Positions 51,325 to 64,000 of a DNA stretch of 64,000 nucleotides are shown here, piece after piece. Position numbers and translations under genes: made by a program. Source of the DNA: Podarcis liolepis. Taxonomy: Eukaryota. The notes beneath the pieces are model-generated. The model worked only from the letters and a program-made list of their open reading frames with translations, made no database searches and was not told the origin of the DNA. The stretch's first letter is position 1. Every line of letters starts with the position of its first letter. Location: the NCBI GenBank assembly GCA_965112155.1, contig OZ218103.1; one strand, 5' to 3'.

Positions 51325-51325
<1 letters not shown>

Positions 51326-51374
<49 letters not shown>

Positions 51375-51395
51375 AAGAAAGAAAGAAAGAAAGAA
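51326..51395. repeat. (AG)n(AAAG)n microsatellite
   Basis: Direct reading. Confidence 0.95.
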
Positions 51396-53432
51396 ATGCC
51401 CTGGTATACTGGGACTCCCAGCAAGCCAAGCTGCCAAAAACTTAACCTAGAACATAACATTTCAGACATCTTCTGGAAAAACCTCCTCCCACAGCTCACC
51501 ACCACTAAATGGCTCATTCCCTTTTTTAAAACCTAACTTTCCCTGTGAGTTATAAAGAACACACCCGTTTTCAGTTGATATATTGACGTCGAGAATGCAG
51601 TGCCATTTCTTGCTCTGCCAGCAGATGGTAGGCGAGCAGCATAGATGCCCACGGCGTTTGTGTCCAACCCAAACTGCCTTGAGAAGCTACACATTTAGAA
51701 AGGAGGGGCTTACAAGCCACGGTGTCTCCTCGCCTCTCTCCCCACAAATCTGAACAGGCGTTGCCTAAGCTTTCACATGGGACAATTCAGTCCTGCTTTA
51801 CTGTAGAGACCGCTGTGTAATTCTGTGTTCAGGTACACAGAAGCAGCGCCCTCTGCTGTTCCTCTGAGGTTCCAAAACAGAACATATGAATTTAAAACTG
51901 AAATGTCACAGTGCTTACTTTTAGTTAATATCTGCTGGGGTGTATTCTTTCATGTGTGGGATGGTGGTGGGGTATGAAAGGAATAAATGAAGCCGTCTTC
52001 CTCCTCTCCCCACCAGACTGATGGCAGAAGCCAGGTCGTCTGTCATTAACAGCTGGTTTCACATATATTGTTTTTGCTCTCCTCTGTGAATGAGCAGGAG
52101 CTGCAAGTGCACATTTCCTGGTTTTTGTTGGCTGGAGGTATTCTTTCAATGTATGGAGCATTTGCTCCCTCTTGATTCCCCCTCCTCAGCTGAATTCATT
52201 TAAGAGCCCTCCATTGTTCACAGAACAATAGGAACAAGAACAGCCAGTTCGGTCCCATGGAAGAAAAACGTTTTCCCCTAATAGTTAGAATCCTTCCGGA
52301 GGTCAGGAGCAGTTTGCGTTAATGGCCACGAAAATCAGAGCAGAATAAACAGACCTCACGCTGCCCTTTGGGAGAACAGCAGGCTAGACATGTATAAGGC
52401 CGGTATCCTGTATTTCCCCTACTGTCTCAGCCTTTACTTTGCCCTCTGCGAAATGGCAATAGTGACTTTGTTTGCAAATGCTGCAAAGGTGAGTTCTAGC
52501 CAGGAGAAAGCACTATCAAACATTGAAGTAGCATACAAAATATCCCTATTAATCTTCTTGTGGGATCCCTGTGGATATAACTAAGATTTGGTCTCTGAAT
52601 TGCACACAAGTTGTTGCAATGCTCCAGAATAAAATGAGGAAATCAATCTCAGGCTCCCAAGAATGGAAAACTCAAGACAAATGGAAGGCTTGGATTTTTA
52701 ATGAACACAGATAATTAAATATGTGAAGAGGAATCTCATCTAGAGTGTCACCTCTGTGAGCAAAGGTTGGAAGATTACCCCAGAATTGCCGTGATTTGCT
52801 TAACTGGGTCAGCATGTTAGTCCAGTTCAAAAGCAAGAAAATGGTAATTAGAATCTTTGCTGCAGCTTTTCTTCTGTTAGCTCCTCTAAAAATAAACAAA
52901 GCCAAATTAGAGAGAACACATGCAGCACTGCCTTCAGATATTACAGTCTACAGATATCACACACATCCAAACCCTACATGCACAACTGTCTCCTGCTTCT
53001 GGTTTAAGTGTTGGAGCAGTAAAGCTGAAATGATAATTTTTAAAGGTAGCATTCATTAGCTTGTGATGCACCTCCAATGTCTGCTAATCTGTTGTCGGCC
53101 CAAGCTCCTTTTCTGCCTATAGAGCAGCAAACACTACTGGGAATCCGAGCCATATTGGCTATGCTGAAATATTGGATGCTGCTCTTAGGGGAAAAAGGTG
53201 ACCCCAATGGAACCTTCAGGACTACTGTCTGCTAGATCTGCATGGTTCATTTCACAGGTGGCACCTGGCACGACTTTTGCCCATGCAAGCCACATTCTGA
53301 GCCCTGAAGCTGCAACTGCCAGAATTCCTTGGGGTGAAAGTTTCTGCACACACCCCTGGAAAGTTCCCAGTATCAGCCAATAGTCAGGACGCTGAAAACC
53401 CCACTCAGAACTTTGATCCTGATCCACAATTA

Positions 53433-53638
53433 CAGTAAGCCCGCAACTTACACAGAGGTTACATTCTGTGGATCGCGCCTAAAGCCAAAATTGTGTGGAG
53501 TCAAAATTCATTGGGTGCAATGGCAGCTCTGATTGCCAACGTCATTTCCCGCGGAACCCCAACCCTTTTAAATTTATTTTTGCCACGCACATAAAACTGA
53601 ATGCACATGTTCAATGTCCGTAGGTTGTGGGCTTACTG
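53433..53638. mobile_element. Tc1/mariner MITE (CAGTAAGCCC TIR)
   Basis: TAcagtaagcccgcaac / gttgtgggcttactgTA. Confidence 0.8.
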
Positions 53639-54113
53639 TACCAGAACTTCAGAAGTATCAGCAAAGCTGCAGAATGCATTCTATGGTTGCCATATATCCT
53701 CCTTTCCCAGGAATTAAAATTTAAAGAGAAATTTGGGGATGTTGCTGGTAGAGCTATGAGAACAAATGAGATCTAAAGCCTGCATACCTGCACAGACAGC
53801 TTCTCTCAGAAGAGTGTGGGTACTTATCATGTATTTATTGAGAAATCAATATTTAGTCAAGAGGAGCAGTTGTTTGGTCCTGCTTTTCCATAAAACTATG
53901 CCCAAAGCAATTTTATAATGCAGAGGGCTGTGATTTATGTATTTATTTCATTTCCATCCTACCCTGCCTCCAAGAACACTGTGCACTGTTCTTTTCCCCT
54001 CTCAATTTAGCCTCCAACAGACCTGCTTGGTAGGTTTGGCTGATAGGCTCAAGATCTCCCTGCCCCTCCACCCAGCCTCATTAACAAATGAAGATTTGAA
54101 TATGGGTGTCATC

Positions 54114-54487
54114 TGGGATGCAGGTGGTGCTGTGGTCTAAACAACTGAGCCTCTGGGGCTTGTCAATCAGAAGGTCGGCAGTTCGAATCTGTGTGATGGG
54201 GTGAGCTCCCTTTGCTCTGTCCCTGCTCCTGCCAACCTAGCAGTTTGAAAGCACACCAGTGCAAGTAGATAAATAGGGAAGGTAAACAGCATTTCTGTGC
54301 ACTCTAGCACTTGTCACGGTGTTCCGTTCCGCCAGAAGCAGTTTAGTCATGCTGGTCACATGACCTGGATAGCTTTCTGTGGGTAAACTCTGGTTCCCTC
54401 GGCCTGAAGTGAGATGAGCGCCGCAACTCCATAATGAGCGCCGCAACCCCATAGTTGCCTTTGACTGGACTTAACCGCCCAGGGGTC
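54114..54487 (+). mobile_element. Near full-length Sauria SINE
   Basis: tRNA-like head ggtggtgctgtggtctaa...gttcgaatc and body shared with 8572-8740. Confidence 0.85.
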
Positions 54488-56174
54488 ACATCTAGTCCAG
54501 CATTTGAACTGCCATGCCACATGGCAGGATAAGGAGCACATGGCTTCAGCCAATTTCTATCCTGAACTCAAGGGGAAATGTGAAGGTGGCATTCTGCCTC
54601 CCAGATAGTGGGAGCACCATTGCCTTCTGCAATAGTGGTGCTGGGGCAGCCATGTTGCAGGTGAGGAGAAACAATCCACAGATCAACCAAATTGGAAACA
54701 CACAGGTGGAAGGATCAGTTTTGCAAATGCAATTTTTATTTTGCAAAGTTCCAGGTGCAAAAATGCAGCTTGCGAAGTTGAGCTCAGACTTGGTAGGAAG
54801 GCATCCAAATGTTAAGAAAAAGCAACAAATGTTATTGAGCATGGGCAGAGTGCTGTGCTTTCCTCTCCCCTCCTGAATAAGCACAACCCCCACTCAAAAC
54901 ATCTGGGGCAAGGGCCTCCACTTGGAGGGAGTGAAGCTTCCATGCAGGCAACTCTTTCTTTTTCTTTGTTAAAAAAAGGAAAATAAAATAATATTGTGGC
55001 CCCTGAAAGACTTAACAGATTTATTGTAGCACAGTCTCAGATGGACAACTGAATACTATGCTTGGGTGAAATCCCTCTTCCAAGTCCATCCAAGTGTTTC
55101 ACAGGAACAACGACCCCTTTTCGATATCTGCTTGTGTTTTTCACCTTTAAGAAAAAGGGGGGGGGGAGGGTAGGCTGAATGGTGCTGATGAGCCTGTTTG
55201 GCTTCCACAGCTGGGTTCATCTGCCAAGATACACACAGGCAGGGCCAAGGCATTTTATTACAGGATCTCACAACTCGGCATGCTTGCTTTGGGGTAATAT
55301 ACTAGACCTCCTGGTACACTGTTTAATGCGAGGCCTTGGCACAGGCCTCACCAGCCTAAACAAACAGCAAAATCATTTCATGGCTAAATGCTCTGCCCAC
55401 AATGCGAAGCAAAACCCAGCCTGCGCATTGATGGAAAAGGTCACGGAAAAGGTGGCTCTACCTATCATATGTCTTTGCGGCAGAGAATGCTCATCTAAGA
55501 GGTTTTGCTATCCTGTGGCTGCAGTGGGTTGGCTTAATTATGAATTCACATTCGGTATGGCATATAACAAGTATTTATTGTTATTGCTGGCATATGGTCC
55601 AAACAACTAATTTGATCTGATCTGAAAAGTGTAACAGTATTTAAGTAAGTAGGTCTTTGCCTAACAAAACTAGCAGTTTCACACTTGGGTGACATTGCTC
55701 TTCTGAACATCAAGGGTTCTGTTGGTCACACATCTGCCGCTAGGAGTAAATCACACACCATATTTTTAAAAACACTAGTGGTGTTCAGCCATGCACATTG
55801 GACATGATAAACACACAAATCTGGGTAATTTTCAGGTGATCACCAGGGGCTGAGTGATGCAACTTCAGTTGCCAGCTTTTTCTTCTGGCCCTGCTCCTGT
55901 GCTATTTACAGCAGTCTGTCACGGAAAATTTGGCAGGTGAACCTTTTCCTACAGCCAGCTCTGGAATATCTTCATTTGATAAATCTCTGCATATCAAACA
56001 ACTATTAGAGGAAAGGAGAAGCCAGGGATTGAACCTGAGACCTTCTGCATGCAAAGCAGATGCTCTCACACTGAGCTATGGTCCTCTCCCATTATATCCT
56101 TTGACCCATCACCCATTTGTTTTTATTTAGTGCTCTACCTCCAAGCTTGCTCAAGAAAAAGCTTGCTGCTAGTA

Positions 56175-56426
56175 CAGTCATACCTCGGTTACAGCCGCTT
56201 CAGCTTACATTTTTTGGGGGTTACGGACCGCTGAAACCCAGAAGTACTGGAACGGGTTACTTCCAAGTTTCGGCGGTCGTGCATGCACAGAAGTGCTAAA
56301 TTGTGCTTTGCGCATGTGCAGACGCGCCGAATCGCAACCTGCAGATGCGCAGACGCAGGTTGCGAATGCTGCAGGTTGCGAACGTGCATCCCGTACAGAT
56401 CACGTTCGCAACCCAAGCGTCCACTG
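56175..56426. mobile_element. Tc1/mariner MITE (family B); another relative at 56676-56924
   Basis: TAcagtcatacctcgg ... ccactgTA. Confidence 0.75.
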
Positions 56427-57585
56427 TATAAAAAAGTACAAATCTTGCCTCGTTTGTCTACTGTAAGCAGAAGACTAGCACCCCCACCCTCACTTAGTAC
56501 CTCCTGCCCTCTGTCCCAATTCTTAAAAAGTCATGATCCCATTTCAAGGTGCCTCTACCAATATGTGGGCATACTTTTCAGCACAATGCACCAAGTTTAT
56601 TAGTGTGTTTGGCCTTCAGGAAAATAGCCCAGATATGGTATATCCCCGTAAGAAGTGAGGTTATAGATATAGATACAGTCATACCATGGAAGTTGAATGG
56701 AATCCATTCTGGAAGTCCGTTCGACTTCCAAAATGTTTGAAAACCAAATCGTGGCTTCTGATTGGCTGTAGGAAGCTCCTGTAGCCAATCAGAAGCTGCA
56801 GAAGTCCCATCAGACCTTTGGGTTCCAAAAGAACATTTACAAACTGGAACAATCACTTCCAGGTTTGTGGCATTCAGGAGCAAAAATGTCTGAGTTCCAG
56901 GGCGTTCAACAACCAAGCTATGACCAAGCTTCTGAGTTCCCCAAACACAGAGATTTCTATGGACTATCATCCCAGTTTTTAAAAGTCCCTTGTTTTCTTC
57001 ATTACTTCATTACCAACATATGGCCATATCCATTGCTTCAACAAACAAAAGCCTTTGGGACAAGGGTCCATTTTTAGAAAGGCCCCCAAAGGCTCGCCTT
57101 GAATTGCACATCAGGCAGAACAGAGGAGGACTTGCTTGTTCATGCAACACATTGAGATGAGCCCAGTTGCTCTTTTTGCTGTCACCTGCTGCATTCACCT
57201 CCAGGTTCTATTACTCAACAGGTTGGTGTAACAGGAAGCAAAACGTAACCATTTTCAGCAGAGCTGTCAAGTGTTTCCGTGCTCAGGTGCCAACTATGAC
57301 AAAGTCTCTGAGTTCATGGGGCGGGAGGTTCTCCTGTTTTAAGAGTGCTGCAACTGCTCGTTTCTATAACCAGGGGAGAGGGTTCATGAACTTACACACA
57401 AACCTTGCCCAAAACCAACGCTCAGGCAATTTAAGAATGACTGTGGACCTTTAAAAGTACCACTGCTGAAATTTTAAGTTCCCACTTATCAGATACAACT
57501 GCTCTGTCTCAAAAGCTGCTGTGCTATGCTAGATGCAGGAGCTATCCAATGCAATATTGTCTTCCCTGAGCAATGGTATTCAGTA

Positions 57586-58054
57586 CCGTATTTTTCGTCC
57601 CATAGGACGCTCCGTCCCATAGGACGCACCTAGTTTTTTGGGGGGAAAATAAAGGGGGAAAAATTCCCTTTACTTCCCCCCCAAAACCAGGTCGGGGAAA
57701 CCGAACCAGGTTGAGGAACAGCGGGATGGCAGCACTGCGCCTCCCTGCTGTCCCCCAAGCTTGTGGGGCTGGCCGATGTCTGCCCGGCGCGAGGAGCGCT
57801 CTGCTTCAGGGCGCCCCTCACGCTGGGTGGCAGGCTGCTATCCGCAGCCTAGGCAGCCCTGCGGGACCTCCCGCAGGGCTGCCTAGGCTGCGGATGTCTT
57901 CCTGAAGCCTGGAGAGCAAGAGGGGTCGGTACGCACCGACCCCTCTCGCTCTCCAAGCTTCAGCGAAAGCCTGCATTTGCCCCATAGGACGCACCCAGAT
58001 TTCCCCTTTATTTTTGGAGGGGAAAAAGTGCATCCTATAGGGCGAAAAATACGG
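57586..58054 (-). mobile_element. Tc2/pogo-like MITE, second copy in inverted orientation
   Basis: Same TIRs and TA TSD as 21101-21762. Confidence 0.9.
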
Positions 58055-60301
58055 TAGTTCCTGTGTCTTGAGCCTAACCGGACCTTGCAACCATCATCTG
58101 AGGCTCTTCTTCATGTGCCTCCTCCACAAAGGGCGGCAATATGAGAACAGGCCTTTTCTGTGGTAGCTTCCTGCTTGTGGGATGCTCTCCCCAGGCAGAC
58201 TCACCTGGCACCTGCGTTACATATCTTTAGGTGTCAGGCAAAAACATTCCTCTACAACCAGGCCATGGGCTAATTAAGCAATCAGTGGCCGGCCTTCTAA
58301 ATTGTTTTTGTTTGTCACTATTTTACATATTTTTATGTTTTATATATTGTAAACTGCCCTGTATTCCGCTACTAAAGAGAAGCTACATAATTCACATCAT
58401 TTTAATAAATTCCATGTAATATGTTGACTGTTGATGCCCATTTTTCACCTGTTCTTTCCTCTGTGACCAGAGATTTTGCACTTTTTACTGAACCTGGTTA
58501 TAGTGCTTCTGTTGCATTTTGAAGAATCTCAGGCTGGAGCTTTTCGCCAGCCTCCTCTTTAAGCAGAGAACATTCATGTCCTCCTTATCCAACCAGCTCC
58601 ATATGTTTAGCTTGACTACATCAGATCTGGCATACAAGCAGGTGGTTCTAATATTTCACAGGCGAGGCAGAAAATAGAAGTTTCAACGCCCACCCAAGGG
58701 CTAGAAATCCTTGCAGAGGCTGCGAAGTGTTAAAAAATTATGCAAGCATATTGTATGGGATATCTTTAAAAAGATGAGGCTTATGATATCAGGAGGAAAT
58801 AAATATAACCAACTGTCCCTTTAGCAACAGAACTTATGGAGATGCTACCCAGAAAAAAATACTTTGGCTTCTGAAGTTCGGTCATAATTTGGTACCAAAA
58901 TGCTGTTTTAGAATACTTCCAAAATGTATTCAGAATACATTTCAGAAACATATTCTGAATGTATTCGGGGGACGGGACTGACACTAATTACCTAATAATG
59001 CAAGATTGGTATGGCTACTAGCCAGAGATTGCTGGCTCTCTGCCCAGAACAGTTAGCTCCTGCAAGTGAATGGTCAAAAGACGGTTAGAAATCTGGGTTG
59101 AATGAGATACCTACCAGGTCTTGGAGAAAGAGACTTCACCTGTCCCCATCCAGGCTAAGAGAAAAAGGCAGAAGTGTGTCTGCACATACATGAACAGATA
59201 TCAGTTTGCAAGAGAAACTGGGTGTGTGTTCGCATGGAGAAGAAAATGAACTACAAGTTCACTATAGCTGGGATATAGGGCAGACATGGGGAACCTGTGG
59301 CCCTCCACACTGTTGGACTCAAAGTCCCACCAGCCCCAGTTGCTATGGACAATGGCCAGAGATGATGGGAGTTGTAGTTTGGCAACAGCTGGAACCCCAT
59401 TTTTTATTTAGTGAGTCTCACCCTGAAGATGCGATGTGGGCCAGCAGATCAGCTGCCTCATAGGAACACCTGCTGTTTGTAATTTTTTCTCTAGGTAAAA
59501 CTATAGAGGCAAAGACACCCCGTGTCTTCAGATGCTTTTTCATCCAAACCAGGCAGCCCTGTCCCTGGATCTTCTCAGCAGTCAAGGAAATGGGAAGTGC
59601 GCAATAACCCAAGGACACACATAAGCATAAGGCACAGTTAATCTGCATCTTACCAGCAAACATGCTGGTGAACACTGCACAGATCACTGATGCCCACCCT
59701 TCCTTTGCTGTGCTGGGAACAAATTGTTACAGGCAAACCAGTATTCCTTGCTTGCTCTTCTCAAACAAACAACAGGGACAAGCCAAGAACAAACCATGGC
59801 TTATTCTTAGCTCATTCTTGTAGCTTTCCCCTTCCCAGTGTGACAGAAGGAGGAGGGGACAATTTGGGTAGTGAGCACCAGGGACCTTACTCTATCCTGA
59901 TAAGCCACAGTTAGTTTAAAACTCTGGCATGCCATTTTTGCATCCTTCTGTTCATCCAAGAAGCTCAGTGTGGCTTATATTATTTCCCAAACAGTCTCCC
60001 ATCCAGGCAGCTTAGGGAGCCAGCCAGGTTAGGTTCAGTGCCAGAGCTGGCAAGGAGAAGCTGGCAAGGTGAGGACAAATCAATGATGTAAGAAAACAAA
60101 GCCTTTCGCTAAATGTGAACTCTTGTCCTGTTTGCTTAGTTTACACCTATATTTTCTCAGTAACGTGGCAGTAATATTTCTGAATCTTGCCCTGCTTCTC
60201 ACAGAGCTCGAATAACTGGTTTAGTTCATAACTAACTGCAAAGCACAGGGTATGAGGCTAGAGAGAAGAGAGATAGGGAAAAGAGATAGAGAGAGGGATG
60301 G

Positions 60302-60352
60302 AGAGAAGAGAAGAGAAGAGAAGAGAAGAGAAGAGAAGAGAAGAGAAGAGAG
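60302..60352. repeat. (AGAAG)n microsatellite
   Basis: Direct reading. Confidence 0.95.
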
Positions 60353-62367
60353 AGCCTCTGCTTGAACTTGACACTCAAAAACCAGCAAGAACCTTAATAA
60401 CAGAGATGCTTTAAAAAAGCATTTCCATTTCCTTCAATACTCCCATTTGTCTCCCAAGTCTTTCCTACCTCTCATCATGAACCAAGCATAGTGAGTATTA
60501 TAATCTTGGAAACCAAGAGGCATGTGTGACAGCTGTACCATGCATAATGCTCACAGTGGAGGCTGTACCATACAAGACAATGTTCAAGATGGAGGCGTTC
60601 CTACCACCCAGCTTAGCCAGGCTGCACTAAGCACATTTGCTGAGGCTCAATGATGCAGATCCACACCATACATTTAAAGTACACCTAACAAACATGTAAA
60701 GCACATGACTTGCCCCAAAAGAGCCTGGGAACCGTAATTTGTTTAGGGTACTAGGATCTGTAGCTCTGTGAGGGGAAAACTCTTAATTCCCCAGATTCTT
60801 TGGGGGAAATCACATGTTTTTAACTTGCATTGGGTGTGCTTAAATGTATGGGGTGGCTCTGCCTGCAGTACCAAATTTTCCTGGAGAAGGGAACTTGTGA
60901 GAATCCCTACTTTTACAGAGACAGTGAAAACCTTCCACTTCTCCATTTGATTCCCAGACAAAAGCTTGCCACACTTATGGCTTGTGAGGAATCTCGGCAG
61001 GAGTTTGGTGAACAGGGCTGTAGTGCCCCCTCTCTAGAGTATTTGTCCCCAAAGTTTGCTGAACTACAGATCCCACCATTCCTGACCATGAGCCATGCTG
61101 GCTGGGGTTGACAGGAGATGGCATTCAACACCGTCTGGAGGCTACAGCAGGATGGGGAAGGCTGCACTCGAGTTTCACGTCAACTGCTTTTGCACATGCA
61201 TCTATGTGCAGATCATTCACACCCCAACAGAAACACAACCATACGTCCAAAGCAACACAGACCCCTTTGATTCATGCTAACCAGCAGGAAGACTGGAAGC
61301 TACACACAGGCAATTCCAAAAGCAGGAAGAAAAGCAGAAAGGCAACAATGCCCCTGATATCAGTATGCCCAAAGCCTTCTATATGCTAAGGGGGGTGATT
61401 GCCTGTGTTTCCTATGGTATATGTACACAATAAAATCATGCCATAGGTTTGTCATGCTCATTTTGTCCTAGAGACCTTCATAACAAGGGTCAACTTTCCC
61501 AGGAGGGTGATTTGCCATGCCTGTCTGTGCCACCTGTCTAAATAAATTCCTTCTAGTGTTTTCCAGGCCAAGGTTATCACTGCCTGTGCTGCCACTCAAA
61601 AGTGGCTGATCAGTTCTTTGCTCTTTGGACCTCCATTAGCCACTGAAATGAAGTCAAAAATGCTAATGGGGGCAACGTAGCTGTGTGTTGCTTGGTAATA
61701 GGTGGATATTAGCCGGGTATTGACTATATTGTGTTTGTGGTTTTAAAAGTATTGATCTTAATAAACTTGTATTTCAGATGGCTGTAAACCACCTTGATAT
61801 TTTTGAATGAAAGGTGGTATCAAAGTGGTTTTTAATTGACCATAATACAAAAAATATAAAATATTAAAGCCCAAAGATTTGCAGAAGTATAATTTTTTTT
61901 TTTTTTAGAAATAAACCTGGTGTGGACTTTCAAAATGGCCCAATGAGAACTACAAGCCCAGAGGCATGAGAATGCTGACTGGCTGCATGGGGTGTGTGGG
62001 TAGATGTGGGAAAGGATAATGGAAAGAACGACGAATGATGAAACGCAGTGGCTGAAATCCTGGACAGCAGCATCCCACACTGCCACATTCTGTTGCAGTT
62101 ACCATTTCTTTCAATACTATTTCACTTTAATGAGAGAACAATGAAGGCAGGAAGACAGAAGAGCTGATTTGGTGCCAACATAAAACCAAAAACGGTTTTA
62201 GACGGGCAAAGTGGAATCAAGTTACTTTCCCTGACACACTGCCTTATGCGGGCTCCTCTGAAGAAGACGGCCAAGAGACACATCCCGCCCCCCCACTGCC
62301 CTGCTGGTCAAACCACTTTACGTGCTGGGCTGGAACGATCAGCCAGGAGGAGGGTGTCACTACTTAC

Positions 62368-62607
62368 GTTGATCAAAGCCATAATCCAGAAGGCGTAAGA
62401 CACCCGCGTCACCACCAGCCCTTTTGTTGGCAGGTCGTAGTGTGACAAGTTTCCAGGTTGATGGGGGACGAGCGACTTCCGGATGTGAGGGAGGTTGCTG
62501 CTGCCAGTGGCTGTGCTGTTTGTCAGGATGCAGTTGGTGTCCGAGAGAAAAGGGTCGGCTATCAGAGGGCTCAGCAGGGCACCAAAGCCCACAAAGAAAT
62601 GAAGGGC
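62368..62607 (-). CDS. MFSD4A: MFSD4A internal coding exon (first one within the window)
   Basis: ALHFFVGFGALLSPLIADPFLSDTNC...TRVSYAFWIMALIN; tttgtgtag| acceptor, AAC|GTAAGT donor; 240 nt. Confidence 0.93.
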
Positions 62608-63068
62608 CTACACAAAGGAATGAGAAAATATCCTTATGATGTCCAGCAACAAGGCACACACAACACCTCTGACAGCACATTAGAACCCTTAACAGTAAGA
62701 ACCCTCAAGTAAGAACCCTCTAGCATCCTTCCTGGGACAAGCCTTCTCCCATCACTACTGGTGCATTATCTCCAAAAAAAACTCCCAACATGCAACTTTT
62801 AATGGCCCACAAATCCTTTGTGGGTTAGAATGTGTTATTTCATTAGGTCTGCAAAGGGTTTTATATGTGATCCTCAGCAACTGAAGTGCTCTTGCTGCTG
62901 TGATACAAGTGACTGGCGTATTGTGCGTCTATCAGGTGCAGACATATGATGTGCTGCAAACAGTATGAACTAGGGCTCCAGCTAGCACAATTAAGACGGC
63001 GTCAGTGCTGCAATAGTATTGGGTGAGTGTGAAGGGAGCCAGCTTTACACCACAAGGTTACTTCTTCC

Positions 63069-63213
63069 CATGCTTTTTTGCTGGGGGGACGCAGGGGTAC
63101 GCATACCCCTAAACATTTTGTGGATCTATGTTTGACCTCATTGAGGGGCAGTATTTCAATATGAGTAGGAAAATGAGAGTACCCTTAAGCATTTTTTAAG
63201 AAAAAAAGCGCTG
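63069..63213. mobile_element. hAT-type MITE
   Basis: Exact 8-bp TSD CTTCTTCC; shares gtacccct and aaacattttgtg motifs with 571-801. Confidence 0.85.
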
Positions 63214-63354
63214 CTTCTTCCACTTCGAGTCCATGTCAAAGCACCTGGATGGGGGCATGGGCTGTGCAGAGATGCCCCAAGACACACAAAATTGGCCATA
63301 CCTACACACACCAGCTTCTGTGCAGCTATTCAATGTTACCATGAACTCTTCCAA

Positions 63355-63606
63355 AAGAAGAAGAAGAAGAAGAGGAGTTTGGATTTGATATCCCGCCTTT
63401 CACTCCCCTTCAGGAGTCTCAAAGCGGCTAACATTCTCCTTTCCCTTCCTCCCCCACAACAAACACTCTGTGAGGTGAGTGGGGCTGAGAGACTTCACAG
63501 AAGTGTGACTGGCCCAAGGTCACCCAGCAGCTGCATGTGGAGGAGCGGAGACACGAACCCGGTTTCCTAGATTACGTGACTACCGCTCTTAACCACTACA
63601 CCACAC
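63355..63606 (-). mobile_element. Young tRNA-derived SINE with (TTC)n tail; older relatives near 6220, 38710, 43560, 51020
   Basis: Minus strand: gtggtgtagtggttaagagc (A box) ... gggttcgtgtctcc (B box) ... gggtgaccttgggcc body, (TTC)n tail. Confidence 0.85.
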
Positions 63607-64000
63607 CACACACATTGAGTAGTTATATCTGAACCTGCTTATTTAGAGTGAGATTATTAATGGTGCAAATAACTTCAGGAAGACAATGGTGATGCAAGTG
63701 TGGCTACACCACCATCTTCAGTGCACAGGACGTTGTGCATGTGTGAGGTAACTGGATGTGCTTACAGAGGGCATTCAGTCCCTGTGTTCTCAAAAGACAT
63801 ATGCTCTGGTGATCTTCACTGTCTATGTGAAAGATGGGCAGAACATGGAGGCAGCACAGCAACGAAGGAACAATCCAAGCAACTAAGGAACACTCCGTGA
63901 GTTAGATTCTGATGCTAAATTGTACCTTCTTTTGGAAAGTGATGCCTGGAAACTGTTTCCAGTTTCACAATTAAATGCTAAGCTGAAAGCAGGAGAGGTT

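Noticed and set aside
56000-56090. tRNA-Ala-like sequence
   Set aside because: Degenerate SINE head with no complete cloverleaf; no bona fide tRNA, rRNA or CRISPR array was seen in the window.

Overview
Vertebrate genomic DNA, most likely a squamate and probably a lacertid lizard (Sauria SINE, tRNA/CORE-type SINEs, CR1/L2 fragments, many MITEs). Three spliced protein-coding genes were reconstructed by hand with phase-consistent GT-AG junctions. (1) A KLF15-like Kruppel factor on + (CDS 1579-2516 + 6923-7103, 372 aa) that looks like a divergent paralogue rather than KLF15 itself and sits directly upstream of ELK4. (2) A complete ELK4/SAP-1 on + (CpG-island promoter near 14.0 kb, non-coding exon 1, four coding exons 20313-26777, 434 aa, probable ~8 kb 3' UTR). 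(3) The 3' eight coding exons of MFSD4A on - (62607 down to 37584; its 5' end lies outside the window), tail-to-tail with ELK4. The most notable observations are the KLF15 paralogue, an apparently intact minimal hammerhead-ribozyme motif in a Penelope-like fragment (46706-46744), a TSD-bounded inverted-repeat Penelope-like insertion with a second hammerhead-like core in the probable ELK4 3' UTR, loss of the ELK4 SUMO-consensus lysine, and covarying/flipped hairpins in two MITE copies. No database searches were run; family names and comparisons to human proteins are from recalled knowledge.
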